DNA from: an uncultured bacterium
GTDB lineage: Bacteria; Nitrospirota; Thermodesulfovibrionia; Thermodesulfovibrionales; JdFR-86
Length of the DNA: 64,000 bases
NCBI GenBank assembly: GCA_965372535.1
Contig: CBDVCR010000001.1
Location: 11,290 to 75,289 of the forward strand
Direction: 5' to 3'
The number at the start of each line of letters is the position of its first letter. The stretch's first letter is position 1. This document shows, piece after piece, positions 1 through 8,762 of the stretch. The translations under genes were made by a program, and so were the position numbers. The notes under the pieces are model-generated. The model searched no databases. It saw nothing but the letters and a program-made list of their open reading frames with translations, and was not told where the DNA came from.

Positions 1-470
1 TCTCCGCTCTGCTCAGCTGGTATGCCGAGACCCCCTTGCCCAGCGCCGAAAGCAACCTTTATGCGGCAAACGGCGAGTTCCAGGCAATGCTCGACCAGAT
101 AGGAAAGACGATAAAGACCACGGCTGCCCTCCCCAACAGTGTGGCGGACGGCAACCTCTGCCATCTGTCCGTAACCCACTGGTGCAGGGCCTCCGGGATG
201 GCCAGCGGCTCCTCCGAGCGCTCCGAGCGCTGCGCCAGGCTGTCCGGGGACGTGGCCGCAAAGAGCGTTCAGCTTCTCAACGATCTTTTCGGCCAGAACG
301 GGATACCCGCATACACCGTGCCGGGCGACAAGTCGACTTGCCGCCAGTGCCACTACAAAGGTCCGGACTACGCCGCCGGCCAGTTCACCCGCGGCAAGAT
401 GGACTGCGAGATGTGTCACGTGGACATAAAAAAGGTATCGGCAAACCATCGCAAAGGAAAGCTGAAGTGA
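1..470 (+). CDS. c-type (multi)haem cytochrome, C-terminal part; the 5' end lies outside the window
   Basis: The frame is open from the window edge to the stop at 468-470. The tail carries two CxxCH haem-binding motifs (CRQCH, CEMCH). Confidence 0.6.
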   Translation, partial: SALLSWYAETPLPSAESNLYAANGEFQAMLDQIGKTIKTTAALPNSVADGNLCHLSVTHWCRASGMASGSSERSERCARLSGDVAAKSVQLLNDLFGQNGIPAYTVPGDKSTCRQCHYKGPDYAAGQFTRGKMDCEMCHVDIKKVSANHRKGKLK

Positions 471-528
471 CATTCCGTCCGGTCACGGCCGGACAATGAC
501 GGATGACCCCTCCAAGTGGCGGGAAAAA

Positions 529-561
529 CCGGGGGCCGCGGAACCCGCGCCCCCGGTTTTT
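529..561 (+). terminator. Rho-independent terminator after the cytochrome gene
   Basis: GC-rich hairpin ccgggggc...gcccccgg followed by ttttt; an A-run precedes it, so it could act in both directions. Confidence 0.6.
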
Positions 562-756
562 ACTACCTGGAGCATGAAATACTTCACATCCCAATGCCGG
601 GACTGCCATCTAAAATAAGCTTTTTTCAAGGGTTCAATGTGAATATAAAACTAACCGTGTTAGTATCTGGTACATGGCCCGGCAAGCCGATTTGAAAGGC
701 CGACCTCTCTCACCCCGGCCTGTTACGCTGCCAGACTGCGCTTGTTACCAGCTTTG

Positions 757-778
757 CCGGACTCGTGCAATATCCGGG
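757..778 (-). repeat. dispersed 22-nt repeat, copy 1
   Basis: The reverse complement cccggatattgcacgagtccgg matches 6448-6469 at 21/22 positions. Confidence 0.6.
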
Positions 779-930
779 ATAGCGTAGCAGGAAATCAGAA
801 GGTTACGCAGGCTGAGCGTACAGTTGCGTCAGGGGGTCCGAACCCTCGCCCGAACCAGGGGGGATACATAAGGGGAACCTGTCGCCCCTTATGATGAAAA
901 GGGAGGAACGCAAGCACCGCGAAGACCCTC

Positions 931-1917
931 CTACGGGCCAAACCCCATGGCCTCCCTGACCTCGGCCATGGTCTTGAGGCAGACCTCCCTTGCCTTGTCC
1001 GTGCCGTGGCTCACTATCTCCTCGAGGCGCGAAGGGTTGCTTATAAGCTCCTGGCGCTTATTCCAGATGGGCTCCATGACATTAAGGACGTTCTTTATGA
1101 GGACCTTCTTGCAGTCGATGCAGCCGATTCCCGCGGTGACGCAGCCTTTGGCCACCTCGTCCTGCTCCTCGGAGGTGGAAAATATTTTATGTAGATGAAA
1201 GACCGGGGACTTTTCGGGGTCGCCCCTGTCGGTGCGCTTGACGCGGGCGGGGTCGGTCATCATGGTGCGGAGCTTCTGCTCCACCGTCTTGGGGTCGTCG
1301 GACAGGTATATGGCGTTGTCATAAGATTTGGACATCTTCCTGCCGTCCACCCCGGGTACCTTGGGGAACCTCGTCAGCAAGGGCTGGGGCTCGGTGAAGA
1401 CCTCCTTCAGGTAGAGGTGGTTGAACCTGCGGGCGATTTCGCGGGTAATCTCAAGGTGCGGCACCTGGTCCTCGCCCACGGGGACGAAGTCCGCCTTGTA
1501 CATCAGGATGTCGGCGGACTGGAGCACAGGGTAGCCGAGGAAGCCGTACATGTTGAGGTCGCGGTCGGAGAGCTCTTCCTTCTTCTCCTTGTAGGAGGGT
1601 ACCCGCTCGAGCCACCCGATGGGGGTTATCATGCCGAGCATCAGGTGAAGCTCGGCGTGCTCAAGCAGCCGGGACTGGAGGAAGATGGTGCTGCGCTCCG
1701 GGTCGAGACCCGCAGCTATGTAGTTTGCGAGGATGTCTCCGGTGCTCTCCTTGATGTCCCGGGGGTTTGCGTACCCGGTGGTGAGGGCGTGCCAGTCGGC
1801 CACGAAATAGTAGCACTCGTATTCGTCCTGGAGCTTTACCCAGTTAGAGAGAGCGCCCACGTAGTTTCCGAGATGGAGCCTGCCGCTTGCCTGCATCCCG
1901 CTTAAGACCCTCCGCAC
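931..1917 (-). CDS. trpS: tryptophan--tRNA ligase
   Basis: 328 aa with a class I HIGH-type motif (GRLHLGNY) and KMSKS; the full-length layout is typical of TrpRS. Confidence 0.95.
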   Translation of the reverse strand: MRRVLSGMQASGRLHLGNYVGALSNWVKLQDEYECYYFVADWHALTTGYANPRDIKESTGDILANYIAAGLDPERSTIFLQSRLLEHAELHLMLGMITPIGWLERVPSYKEKKEELSDRDLNMYGFLGYPVLQSADILMYKADFVPVGEDQVPHLEITREIARRFNHLYLKEVFTEPQPLLTRFPKVPGVDGRKMSKSYDNAIYLSDDPKTVEQKLRTMMTDPARVKRTDRGDPEKSPVFHLHKIFSTSEEQDEVAKGCVTAGIGCIDCKKVLIKNVLNVMEPIWNKRQELISNPSRLEEIVSHGTDKAREVCLKTMAEVREAMGFGP

Positions 1918-1929
1918 CTGCGTCCTCCT

Positions 1930-2595
1930 CTAAAGCAGACCTGATAACAGGTTAAGAAAATATAACAGCAGGTTGACCACCGGGTTTACGAACACCCTGT
2001 AAAGGCCGGTCATGAGCAGTACTATGGCGATAATCATCCCGTAGGGCTCAAGCCTTGCGAAAGCCGCGGCCTGGGAGGGGGGGAGAAAGCCGGTCACGAT
2101 TCTTCCCCCGTCCAGGGGGGGCACTGGCATGAGGTTTATGGCCGCAAGGAACACGTTTATAAAGATGCCGGATTCGAGCATGAGGATGAGGGGGACCCAT
2201 ATTGACCGGGGGAGCACGCCGGAAAGGACGAGGACCATCTTAAGAAGCAGCAGGAACGCCACCGCAAGGGCCACATTCATCCCCGGCCCGGCGGCGGCCG
2301 ACAGCGCCATGTCCCGCCTTGGGTTTCGGAAGTTATAGGGGTTTATGGGGACGGGTTTTGCGTAGCCGAAGACGAACTGGCCGCCCGAAAGGGCCAGCAG
2401 GAGCAGGGGCATGAGCACCGTGCCCACCGGGTCGATGTGGGCCAGGGGGTTCAGCGTGAGCCGGCCCGATGCCTTGGCCGTGCCGTCGCCCATCCTGTAG
2501 GCCGCAAGGCCGTGGGCCACCTCGTGAAAGGTGATGGCTATAAGCAGCGGTACCGCCGATATGGCAAGCTGCCTCAGTATGGAGGCTATATCCAA
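1930..2595 (-). CDS. site-2 protease family (peptidase M50) membrane metalloprotease
   Basis: HEVAHG (HExxH) lies in a transmembrane segment, with the NLMPVPPLDGG motif and a polytopic hydrophobic profile. It sits immediately upstream of trpS on the same strand. Confidence 0.85.
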   Translation of the reverse strand: MDIASILRQLAISAVPLLIAITFHEVAHGLAAYRMGDGTAKASGRLTLNPLAHIDPVGTVLMPLLLLALSGGQFVFGYAKPVPINPYNFRNPRRDMALSAAAGPGMNVALAVAFLLLLKMVLVLSGVLPRSIWVPLILMLESGIFINVFLAAINLMPVPPLDGGRIVTGFLPPSQAAAFARLEPYGMIIAIVLLMTGLYRVFVNPVVNLLLYFLNLLSGLL

Positions 2596-2718
2596 TTTAC
2601 GAAACTCTCCTTAGGGGGCCGGCATGGGTTTAAATGTCTATTTTAGAACATTTGACCTGAAAACTTCACGCCGCGTCTTTTTGTTTCCATGTGGCAACGA
2701 AATTGCTAATTAATCTCC

Positions 2719-4080
2719 GTGCAACGGACGGGGAAGTCGGAAAACTTTACACAGGACACAGGCGATATGGAACTTGATATGGAACTTATAGAGAAGCTGA
2801 AAACGAGAAAAGCCCGGGTAGGGGTGATCGGACTGGGGTACGTGGGGCTTCCGCTGGTCATCCAGTTCTGCAAGGCGGGCTTCCGCGTGACCGGCTTTGA
2901 CATAGACCTTGAAAAGATTGCCATGCTTAAAGAGGGCAAGAGTTATATAAGGCATATCGAATCGTCTTTAATCGCCGGGTGCGGCCGGCTTTTTACCCCC
3001 ACTTCCGAGTATTCGGGGCTTTCCGGCATGGACTGCATAATCATCTGCGTGCCCACGCCGCTTAACAGATACCGGGAACCGGACATGTCGTTTGTCGTCG
3101 GCACTTCAAGGTCAGTCTCAAAGCACCTCCGGAGGGGCCAGCTCGTCGTCCTTGAGTCCACGACCTATCCCGGCACCACGGACGAGGACATGAGGGCGAT
3201 ACTTGAGGAGTCCGGCCTTCGGGCGGGGGCCGATTTCCATCTCGCCTACTCGCCCGAGCGCGAGGACCCGAACAATAAGGACTTCAATACCGGCAACATC
3301 CCGAAGGTCGTGGGCGGGTACACGGAAAATTGCCTCAAGGCGGCGGTGGCCCTCTACGGGCAGATTGTGGAGCGCACCGTCCCTGTTTCGTCCACTAAGG
3401 TCGCCGAGGCGGCGAAACTGCTCGAAAACATATACCGTGCGGTAAACATCGCCCTGGTAAACGAGCTGAAGGTCCTGTTTGCCAGGATGGACATCGACAT
3501 CTGCGAGGTAATAGACGCGGCCAGCACCAAGCCTTTTGGTTTTCAGGCGTTTTATCCCGGCCCGGGCCTCGGCGGGCACTGCATCCCCATCGACCCCTTC
3601 TACCTGACCTGGAAGGCGAGGGAGTACGATTTCCACACCAAGTTCATCGAACTCGCGGGCGAGATAAACGCCTCCATGCCCTACTACGTGGTCCACGAGA
3701 CCATGGAGGCCATTAATGGAAACGGAAGGAGCATTCGGGGCGCGAAAGTCCTCATCCTCGGCCTGGCGTACAAAAGAGGGGTGGACGACCCCCGCGAGTC
3801 GCCGTCGCTTAAGATTATCGAACTCCTGAAAGACCGCGGTGTCGAGGTCGACTACAACGACCCCTATATTCCGAGGCCCCCCAGGATGCGGAAATACGAC
3901 CTGGACATGGAGTCCGTGCCGTTGACCCCCGAAAACCTGAGAAAATACGACTGCGTTCTGGTGGTTACAGACCATCCCGAGTATGACCCTGATTTCATCG
4001 TCGAGCACTCAAACTTCGTCGTCGACACCAGGAACCTGATAAAGGACCGGAACGGAAACTCCAAAGTCAGGAGAGCCTGA
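2719..4080 (+). CDS. nucleotide-sugar 6-dehydrogenase (UDP-GlcNAc / UDP-ManNAc dehydrogenase, WbpA/WecC-like)
   Basis: N-terminal Rossmann motif VGVIGLGYVGLP and a catalytic-Cys region GLGGHCIP; the length fits the UDP-glucose/GDP-mannose dehydrogenase family. The true start may be the ATG at 2767. Confidence 0.85.
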   Translation: MQRTGKSENFTQDTGDMELDMELIEKLKTRKARVGVIGLGYVGLPLVIQFCKAGFRVTGFDIDLEKIAMLKEGKSYIRHIESSLIAGCGRLFTPTSEYSGLSGMDCIIICVPTPLNRYREPDMSFVVGTSRSVSKHLRRGQLVVLESTTYPGTTDEDMRAILEESGLRAGADFHLAYSPEREDPNNKDFNTGNIPKVVGGYTENCLKAAVALYGQIVERTVPVSSTKVAEAAKLLENIYRAVNIALVNELKVLFARMDIDICEVIDAASTKPFGFQAFYPGPGLGGHCIPIDPFYLTWKAREYDFHTKFIELAGEINASMPYYVVHETMEAINGNGRSIRGAKVLILGLAYKRGVDDPRESPSLKIIELLKDRGVEVDYNDPYIPRPPRMRKYDLDMESVPLTPENLRKYDCVLVVTDHPEYDPDFIVEHSNFVVDTRNLIKDRNGNSKVRRA

Positions 4081-4199
4081 AGTCTTTCCTCCCCTGCTTT
4101 TCGGCCTGCGAAACCGCTGCTGGTCATGTTTTCCGCCGCCGGCCCTGTTCTGCCCAGAGGTTTGTTTTTTAGGCAGCCCCTTGCAGTAAAAAGATATTT

Positions 4200-5261
4200 T
4201 TAGAGGGCGCCTTTAGTGAATATGGTGATTTCGCTTGAGATATCAAGTATAAAATCCACCGTCTGGGTAAAGACCATCACGGTTTTGCCCGAGTCCATGT
4301 AGCCTTCCACAGTACCGAACCCTTCGATGGTTACGGTTCCTTCCGGGGTAATGGACAGGGCCCTGTCTATTTCCCCGCTTTCACCGCTGCTGTTTTCGTA
4401 CGAGATGCCGGCCGTGCCGTCCGGGGCAATCATGGCCGTGCCCTTTCCGGCAACCGGGGAATAGGCGCCTGTTGACAGGGTGCTCATCTTCCATGTGCCT
4501 TCAAGGTCGGCCGTGGAATAGACGGCAGCCTGTCTGGTCAATACGGCAAGTTCCATGGTATCGTTATGCCATTTGTCGGTCCAGACTATGACCGTTTTAT
4601 CAGAATCCATGCGGCCTTCCAGAGAGGGATACTCATCGATAGTGATAATTCCTTTTGCCGTGATATTCATTATCCCGCCGTAGCTCAGGTAGCCGGGGTC
4701 GCCGAAAATATCCGTGGTCGTTGCGGTGAATTCCCCTGATGCATTTACCGTAAGCGCGCCCCTTTCCCACCAGGGCGAGCTGGGGCCGGAGACCAGGATG
4801 TTTACGCCCCAGGCGCCTTCGAGGTCGGCGAGGGAGTAGGAATCAGCCTGCTTAAGCGCGGTAAACAGGCCGGTCGGGTCGTTGTTATATGCGGTTATTC
4901 CATGTATAACCGTATCGTTGGAATCACAGTGGCCCGAAAAAGTGCCGTCGCTCCCAATCGTAACCGTCCCGTCATCCGATATGGTTAACGTGTCCGTGGT
5001 GTTGTCGCTCGTCCCGCTGCTGTCAACGGTCAGGACGGATGCCGAACCGTTTGAGGATACCTCCATTGTGCCTCTTTTCCACCAGTTATCCTCGGAGCCC
5101 GAGGCAAGGAGGTTTGTCCCCCACGTGGCCTCAAGTCCGGGTGTTGGGTTTTTATCCCGGGGTGCGGAGCCGCTTTCCCCTCCACCTCCGCAGGCGGCCA
5201 GGGATGCCGCCAACATGCCGCTCAACAGCAAAGCCGTAATGTTTCTCAGGTGCTTTTCCAT
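4200..5261 (-). CDS. lipoprotein with a three-fold internal repeat, function unknown
   Basis: The ATG at 5261 follows a GGAGGAG RBS. The lipobox is LAASLAAC-GGGG. Three similar modules are present (..DLEG[AT]W..W[WK]RG.. and ..G.MDS.KTV.V.T..). Confidence 0.6.
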   Translation of the reverse strand: MEKHLRNITALLLSGMLAASLAACGGGGESGSAPRDKNPTPGLEATWGTNLLASGSEDNWWKRGTMEVSSNGSASVLTVDSSGTSDNTTDTLTISDDGTVTIGSDGTFSGHCDSNDTVIHGITAYNNDPTGLFTALKQADSYSLADLEGAWGVNILVSGPSSPWWERGALTVNASGEFTATTTDIFGDPGYLSYGGIMNITAKGIITIDEYPSLEGRMDSDKTVIVWTDKWHNDTMELAVLTRQAAVYSTADLEGTWKMSTLSTGAYSPVAGKGTAMIAPDGTAGISYENSSGESGEIDRALSITPEGTVTIEGFGTVEGYMDSGKTVMVFTQTVDFILDISSEITIFTKGAL

Positions 5262-5353
5262 CTCTCCTCCTTTTAAAAAGAAATTATTCCCCTTCATGTC
5301 ATCTTCCCGAGAACTCCCTGTCTTGATAACGGTTTTTTTCGCAACAACGTTTT

Positions 5354-5369
5354 TGCAACATCGGCGCCA
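5354..5369 (-). promoter_or_regulatory. sigma-54 (-24/-12) promoter for the lipoprotein gene
   Basis: The minus strand reads TGGCGC-cgatg-TTGCA, one mismatch from the TGGCAC-N5-TTGCA consensus. It lies about 90 nt upstream of the ATG at 5261. Confidence 0.6.
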
Positions 5370-5391
5370 TCGGCCCGGGGGGAGAAAAGAT

Positions 5392-5408
5392 TGTAAAGAA
5401 TGCCGACA
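5392..5408 (-). promoter_or_regulatory. candidate enhancer-binding-protein site (TGT-N11-ACA)
   Basis: The minus strand reads TGTCGGCATTCTTTACA, the same motif as 5535-5551 in the opposite orientation. Confidence 0.3.
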
Positions 5409-5534
5409 GGGGAGCGGGAAGGTCTTTCAGCTCTCCGTTGGCCGGTTTTTCGCCTGGCGGCCGCAAGGCCCTTTTTTTCCCGGGCAATCTCTCCCGGAGG
5501 AGCGCCCGCCGCGGGGAGAGGACTTGCAGCCTTG

Positions 5535-5551
5535 TGTCGGAGAAGTTTACG
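5535..5551 (+). promoter_or_regulatory. candidate enhancer-binding-protein site (TGT-N11-ACG)
   Basis: TGTCGGAGAAGTTTACG, about 50 bp upstream of the plus-strand sigma-54 promoter. Confidence 0.3.
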
Positions 5552-5600
5552 GCAGGGAGGATGCTTCAAAAAATGCCAATAAAAACGGCGCATTGGATGC

Positions 5601-5616
5601 TGGCATTGGTGTTGCT
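5601..5616 (+). promoter_or_regulatory. sigma-54 (-24/-12) promoter for the PEP-CTERM protein gene
   Basis: TGGCAT-tggtg-TTGCT, about 57 nt upstream of the ATG at 5673. Confidence 0.65.
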
Positions 5617-5672
5617 ATGTCTTGTGCGGAATTCAAATTTGATTGATTAACAACTCAAGAAAGGAGGCTGTC

Positions 5673-6347
5673 ATGAAAAAGGAAAGGTTCTTAATCGGTT
5701 TGCTGGTCATGGCGCTGATGCTTGGCCTGGGCGCGGCTGCATATGCGGTGCCCTCCCTCGGCGTCGGCACGGGTGATTTCAACTGCACGGGGGCAACGGA
5801 ATACTGGGATTGCTTCAGCGGCAATCTCGGGGGCCACGGTTTTGCGCTTCCGGCTTCCGGCGTGACAGACGGCATCACGCCGTTTACAAACATTGGTGGA
5901 GCCAACATCTGGCTCCTTGCGGAGCCGGGCATTGACCCTGTTTCGTTTGCCGCCGGAGGTACGACGTATCTTTTCGATACCGTGTTTTCGCCCGGCGTCG
6001 CTTTCGGTTCCTACCAAACGCCATATGAAGGGGCAAACCTCGGGGAGGTGGACGGCGACTGGTCCGCACTTCCCTCCCCCTTTAATCCCGCGACCTTCTA
6101 TGGCCTGCCCGGGACCCTTGATTACAGTGGAGACGCCGCTGGCAAGTGGGTCTTCCTGGTCGCCGATGATAACGGCATAGGCGGGTTGCAGGGCAATGGC
6201 ATGCCGGGCAAGCACGACTCCTTCTCCCCGAAGACCACCGGCGCGGTCGGCGTGCCCGAGCCCTCGACGCTTTCGATGGCGGTTGTCGGCGGGATTATCC
6301 TCATCGTCGGGATAATCGCAAGGAGGCGGGCGTACGGGGCGGCGTAA
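5673..6347 (+). CDS. PEP-CTERM sorting-domain secreted protein (exosortase substrate)
   Basis: The ATG follows an AAGGAGG RBS and there is a signal peptide. The C-terminus VPEPSTLSMAVVGGIILIVGIIARRR has the PEP motif, a transmembrane helix and a basic tail. Confidence 0.85.
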   Translation: MKKERFLIGLLVMALMLGLGAAAYAVPSLGVGTGDFNCTGATEYWDCFSGNLGGHGFALPASGVTDGITPFTNIGGANIWLLAEPGIDPVSFAAGGTTYLFDTVFSPGVAFGSYQTPYEGANLGEVDGDWSALPSPFNPATFYGLPGTLDYSGDAAGKWVFLVADDNGIGGLQGNGMPGKHDSFSPKTTGAVGVPEPSTLSMAVVGGIILIVGIIARRRAYGAA

Positions 6348-6384
6348 GACGGGTAGTAAGACGGGTATTTTGTTCAAACCGAAA

Positions 6385-6417
6385 GGGCTGCCCCGGAAAG
6401 GGGCAGCCCTTTAATTT
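6385..6417 (+). terminator. Rho-independent terminator
   Basis: gggctgcccc-ggaaa-ggggcagccc hairpin followed by a T-rich tract. Confidence 0.7.
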
Positions 6418-6447
6418 CGGCCTTTTTCCATTCCCCTTTTGGCATAG

Positions 6448-6469
6448 CCCGGATATTGCACGAGTCTGG
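6448..6469 (+). repeat. dispersed 22-nt repeat, copy 2
   Basis: cccggatattgcacgagtctgg. Confidence 0.6.
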
Positions 6470-6594
6470 TTTGCCGCAGACGCAAGGCGCGCGGGGCGCG
6501 AAGGGGGACAGCGTCCCCCGGCTCTATCAATACCGCGAGTGGCCCGCAACGCCGCGGATGCGGTAATTCGCGGGGGTCCGTGACCCCCGGGCTC

Positions 6595-6622
6595 GCCCGA
6601 AGGGTGAGTGCTCCGGAAATTC
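6595..6622 (+). repeat. dispersed 28-nt repeat, copy 1
   Basis: gcccgaagggtgagtgctccggaaattc matches 11289-11316 at 25/28 positions. Confidence 0.6.
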
Positions 6623-6763
6623 CGTTAACTTTTTCAGGTGACAAAACGCATCTAAAACTAAAAATAGAATATTCCTATGGACATTTTGTATTTTCATGCC
6701 TTCTGTTCTATTTTTCATAATACTCATGAAATATCCGGGATAGGGGCGTGGGTGCGGCGCTCC

Positions 6764-8596
6764 CTACTCGACGGTTACGCTCTTTGCCAGGTTGCGCGGC
6801 TGGTCCACGTTGCAGCCCCTGAGCACGGCGACGTGGTATGCGAGCAGTTGAAGGGGTATGACGTTGACAAAGGCCGAAAGCGCGGGGTGGGTCGGCGGGA
6901 CCTCGATAAGGTCGTCCACCTTGTCCCGGAGGCAGGAGCGCTCGTCGGTTATAGCTATCACCCTTGCCCCTCGGGCCCTTACCTCCTCTATGTTTGAGAG
7001 GTTTTTATTGTAAACGTGGTCCACCGGGGCGATTATCACGACCGGAAGCCCGTCCTCTATGAGGGCGATGGGGCCGTGCTTTATCTCCCCCGCCGGATAG
7101 CCTTCCGCGTGGATATAGGATATCTCCTTGAGCTTCAGCGAGCCCTCAAGGGCGATGGGGTAGTTGATGCCCCTGCCGAGGAAGAGAAAACCGTTTGCGT
7201 GGATTAGTTTTGCGGCAAGCTCCTCTACCTCCCTGCCTTTTGTGAGCGTCTTTTCCATGAGCGCGGGCATCCTTTTGAGCTGTGCCTTCAGGGGGTTGGC
7301 CTCCTCCGAAAACAGCCTCCCCCTTTTTATCCCGAGCGCTATGGTGAGGAGGCAGAGGGCGGCCATCTGTGCGGCAAACGTCTTGGTGGAGGCCACCCCT
7401 ATTTCGGGGCCACCCCTGGTGTAGAGGACGGAGTCCGCCTCCCTGGCCGCGGTACTCCCCACCACGTTGCAGATTGTGAGCGTCCTTGCGCCCTTTCTCT
7501 TCGCCTCCCGCTGTGCGGCAAGGGTATCGGCCGTCTCGCCGGACTGGGTGATGGAGATGAAGAGGTTGGCGCCGTTTTCTATAATCGGCTCCTTGTAGCG
7601 GTACTCGGAGGCCGTATCGACGTCCACGTGGATATGGGCGATGTTCTCTATGATGTACTTGCCCACGAGCGCCGCGTGATAGGAGGTGCCGCAGGCCACT
7701 ATCTGCAGCCTCCTCAGCCCCATAATCATTTCCTTGCCGAGGCCGAGCTCTCCAAGGAGCCTCGGGGGGTCGTCTATCCACTCTCTTATTGTGTCGTTCA
7801 CCACGCGGGGCTGTTCGTAAATTTCCTTGAGCATGAAGTATTCATACCCCTCCTTTTCCGCCATGGAGGGCGTCCAGTCCACCTCGACGATTTTTTTCTC
7901 AAACGGTACGCGGCATTCGGAGTCAAGGTTTTCGAATTCCATCTCCTCGGGCCTCAGGGTGCATATCTGTCCGTCGTCGGGAAAGATGAACTTCCTTGTA
8001 TACGGGAGCAGGGCGGGCGTGTCGGAGGCGAAGAAATTTTCCCCTTCCCCGCAGCCTATCACGAGTGGGCTTCCCTTTTTCACCGCGTAAAGCGTTTCCG
8101 GCTCCGTCTCGCTTATCGCGCCGACGGCGAAAGAGCCGTGTAATTGAGAGGCCGTTTTCCTGAAGGCTTCCTTGAACGTGAGCCCTTCTTTCAGGTACCA
8201 TGCTATCAGCTGCGGGATGACCTCGGTGTCGGTGTCCGAAACAAACGTCGCGCCTTTTAAAAGAAGGTCTGATTTAAGCTCCCGGTAGTTCTCGATTATT
8301 CCGTTGTGGACCACGGCGACCCCCTCGGCGCCGTGGGGGTGGGCGTTGACCGATGAGGGCATTCCATGGGTTGCCCACCTCGTATGGCCCAGCCCCGCCC
8401 CTGCCGCGGGAGGAGACGGCGGCAGGATGTCCAGGAGGTCCTTTATCTTTCCCCTGCTCTTGTGTATCTCGATGCCGCCGCCGTTTTGGTAGGCAACGCC
8501 CGCCGAGTCGTATCCCCGGTATTCGAGCCTTTTCAGTCCGTCGATAAGGACGGGAAGAGAGTTTTTCCTTCCGACGTATCCCACAATCCCGCACAT
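6764..8596 (-). CDS. glmS: glutamine--fructose-6-phosphate aminotransferase
   Basis: The protein starts MCGIVGYVG (N-terminal Cys nucleophile) at the ATG at 8596, has two SIS domains and ends with the canonical ..AKSVTVE. The longer ORF reaching 8734 is an upstream extension. Confidence 0.95.
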   Translation of the reverse strand: MCGIVGYVGRKNSLPVLIDGLKRLEYRGYDSAGVAYQNGGGIEIHKSRGKIKDLLDILPPSPPAAGAGLGHTRWATHGMPSSVNAHPHGAEGVAVVHNGIIENYRELKSDLLLKGATFVSDTDTEVIPQLIAWYLKEGLTFKEAFRKTASQLHGSFAVGAISETEPETLYAVKKGSPLVIGCGEGENFFASDTPALLPYTRKFIFPDDGQICTLRPEEMEFENLDSECRVPFEKKIVEVDWTPSMAEKEGYEYFMLKEIYEQPRVVNDTIREWIDDPPRLLGELGLGKEMIMGLRRLQIVACGTSYHAALVGKYIIENIAHIHVDVDTASEYRYKEPIIENGANLFISITQSGETADTLAAQREAKRKGARTLTICNVVGSTAAREADSVLYTRGGPEIGVASTKTFAAQMAALCLLTIALGIKRGRLFSEEANPLKAQLKRMPALMEKTLTKGREVEELAAKLIHANGFLFLGRGINYPIALEGSLKLKEISYIHAEGYPAGEIKHGPIALIEDGLPVVIIAPVDHVYNKNLSNIEEVRARGARVIAITDERSCLRDKVDDLIEVPPTHPALSAFVNVIPLQLLAYHVAVLRGCNVDQPRNLAKSVTVE

Positions 8597-8762
8597 AACG
8601 GCTCCCTCTTTCCCCGGTATTTGCGCCTCCGCGTCTATGTTGTAGCAAGAAAAGTACCACCTTTCGAAATTAAAAATATCCTTGACAACGGCGTTAGGGA
8701 GGTCTAAGACTGTAATTATTAGGAAGCAAGGCATCCGAGGATGCGCTTAGCAGGAGGAGAGC

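Larger units (their letters stand above)
6441..6746. repeat. ~300-bp non-coding segment bounded by imperfect inverted repeats (MITE-like candidate)
   Basis: The left end is atagcccggatattgca. The reverse complement of the right end is ctatcccggatatttca (14/17). The same terminus recurs at 765-784. Confidence 0.3.

Noticed and set aside
828-860. tRNA/tmRNA-like T-arm (gggggtccgaaccc).
   Set aside because: No acceptor stem, anticodon arm or CCA context can be built around it. The stem and loop lengths do not fit a T-arm.
1195-1905. Long antisense and overlapping ORFs inside well-supported genes. Examples: 1195-1905 in trpS, 3118-4008 in the dehydrogenase, 7146-7781 and 7628-8143 in glmS, and 14567-15571 and 15597-16412 opposite the export genes. 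Others are 24530-25294, 41369-42034, 42831-43538, 44289-45047, 53599-54285, 55954-56586 and 59621-60493.
   Set aside because: They lie opposite or out of frame to genes with clear family motifs. Their translations are low-complexity and Arg/Gly/Pro-rich, as expected from stop-codon-poor GC-rich DNA, and they have no recognisable motifs or RBS.
1918-1929. A T-box or attenuator leader for trpS.
   Set aside because: Only 12 nt separate trpS from the upstream M50 protease gene, so trpS is simply co-transcribed and there is no room for a leader.
8597-8760. Possible glmS ribozyme upstream of glmS. The leader contains AAGCGCAUCCUCGGAUGCC, which is reminiscent of the ribozyme's ..CGGCGGAUGCC.. segment.
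   Set aside because: I could not trace the rest of the conserved core, namely the P1/P2 pseudoknot and the GACGAGG-type segments. The region doubles as the divergent promoter region for the kinase gene. A cmsearch would settle it.
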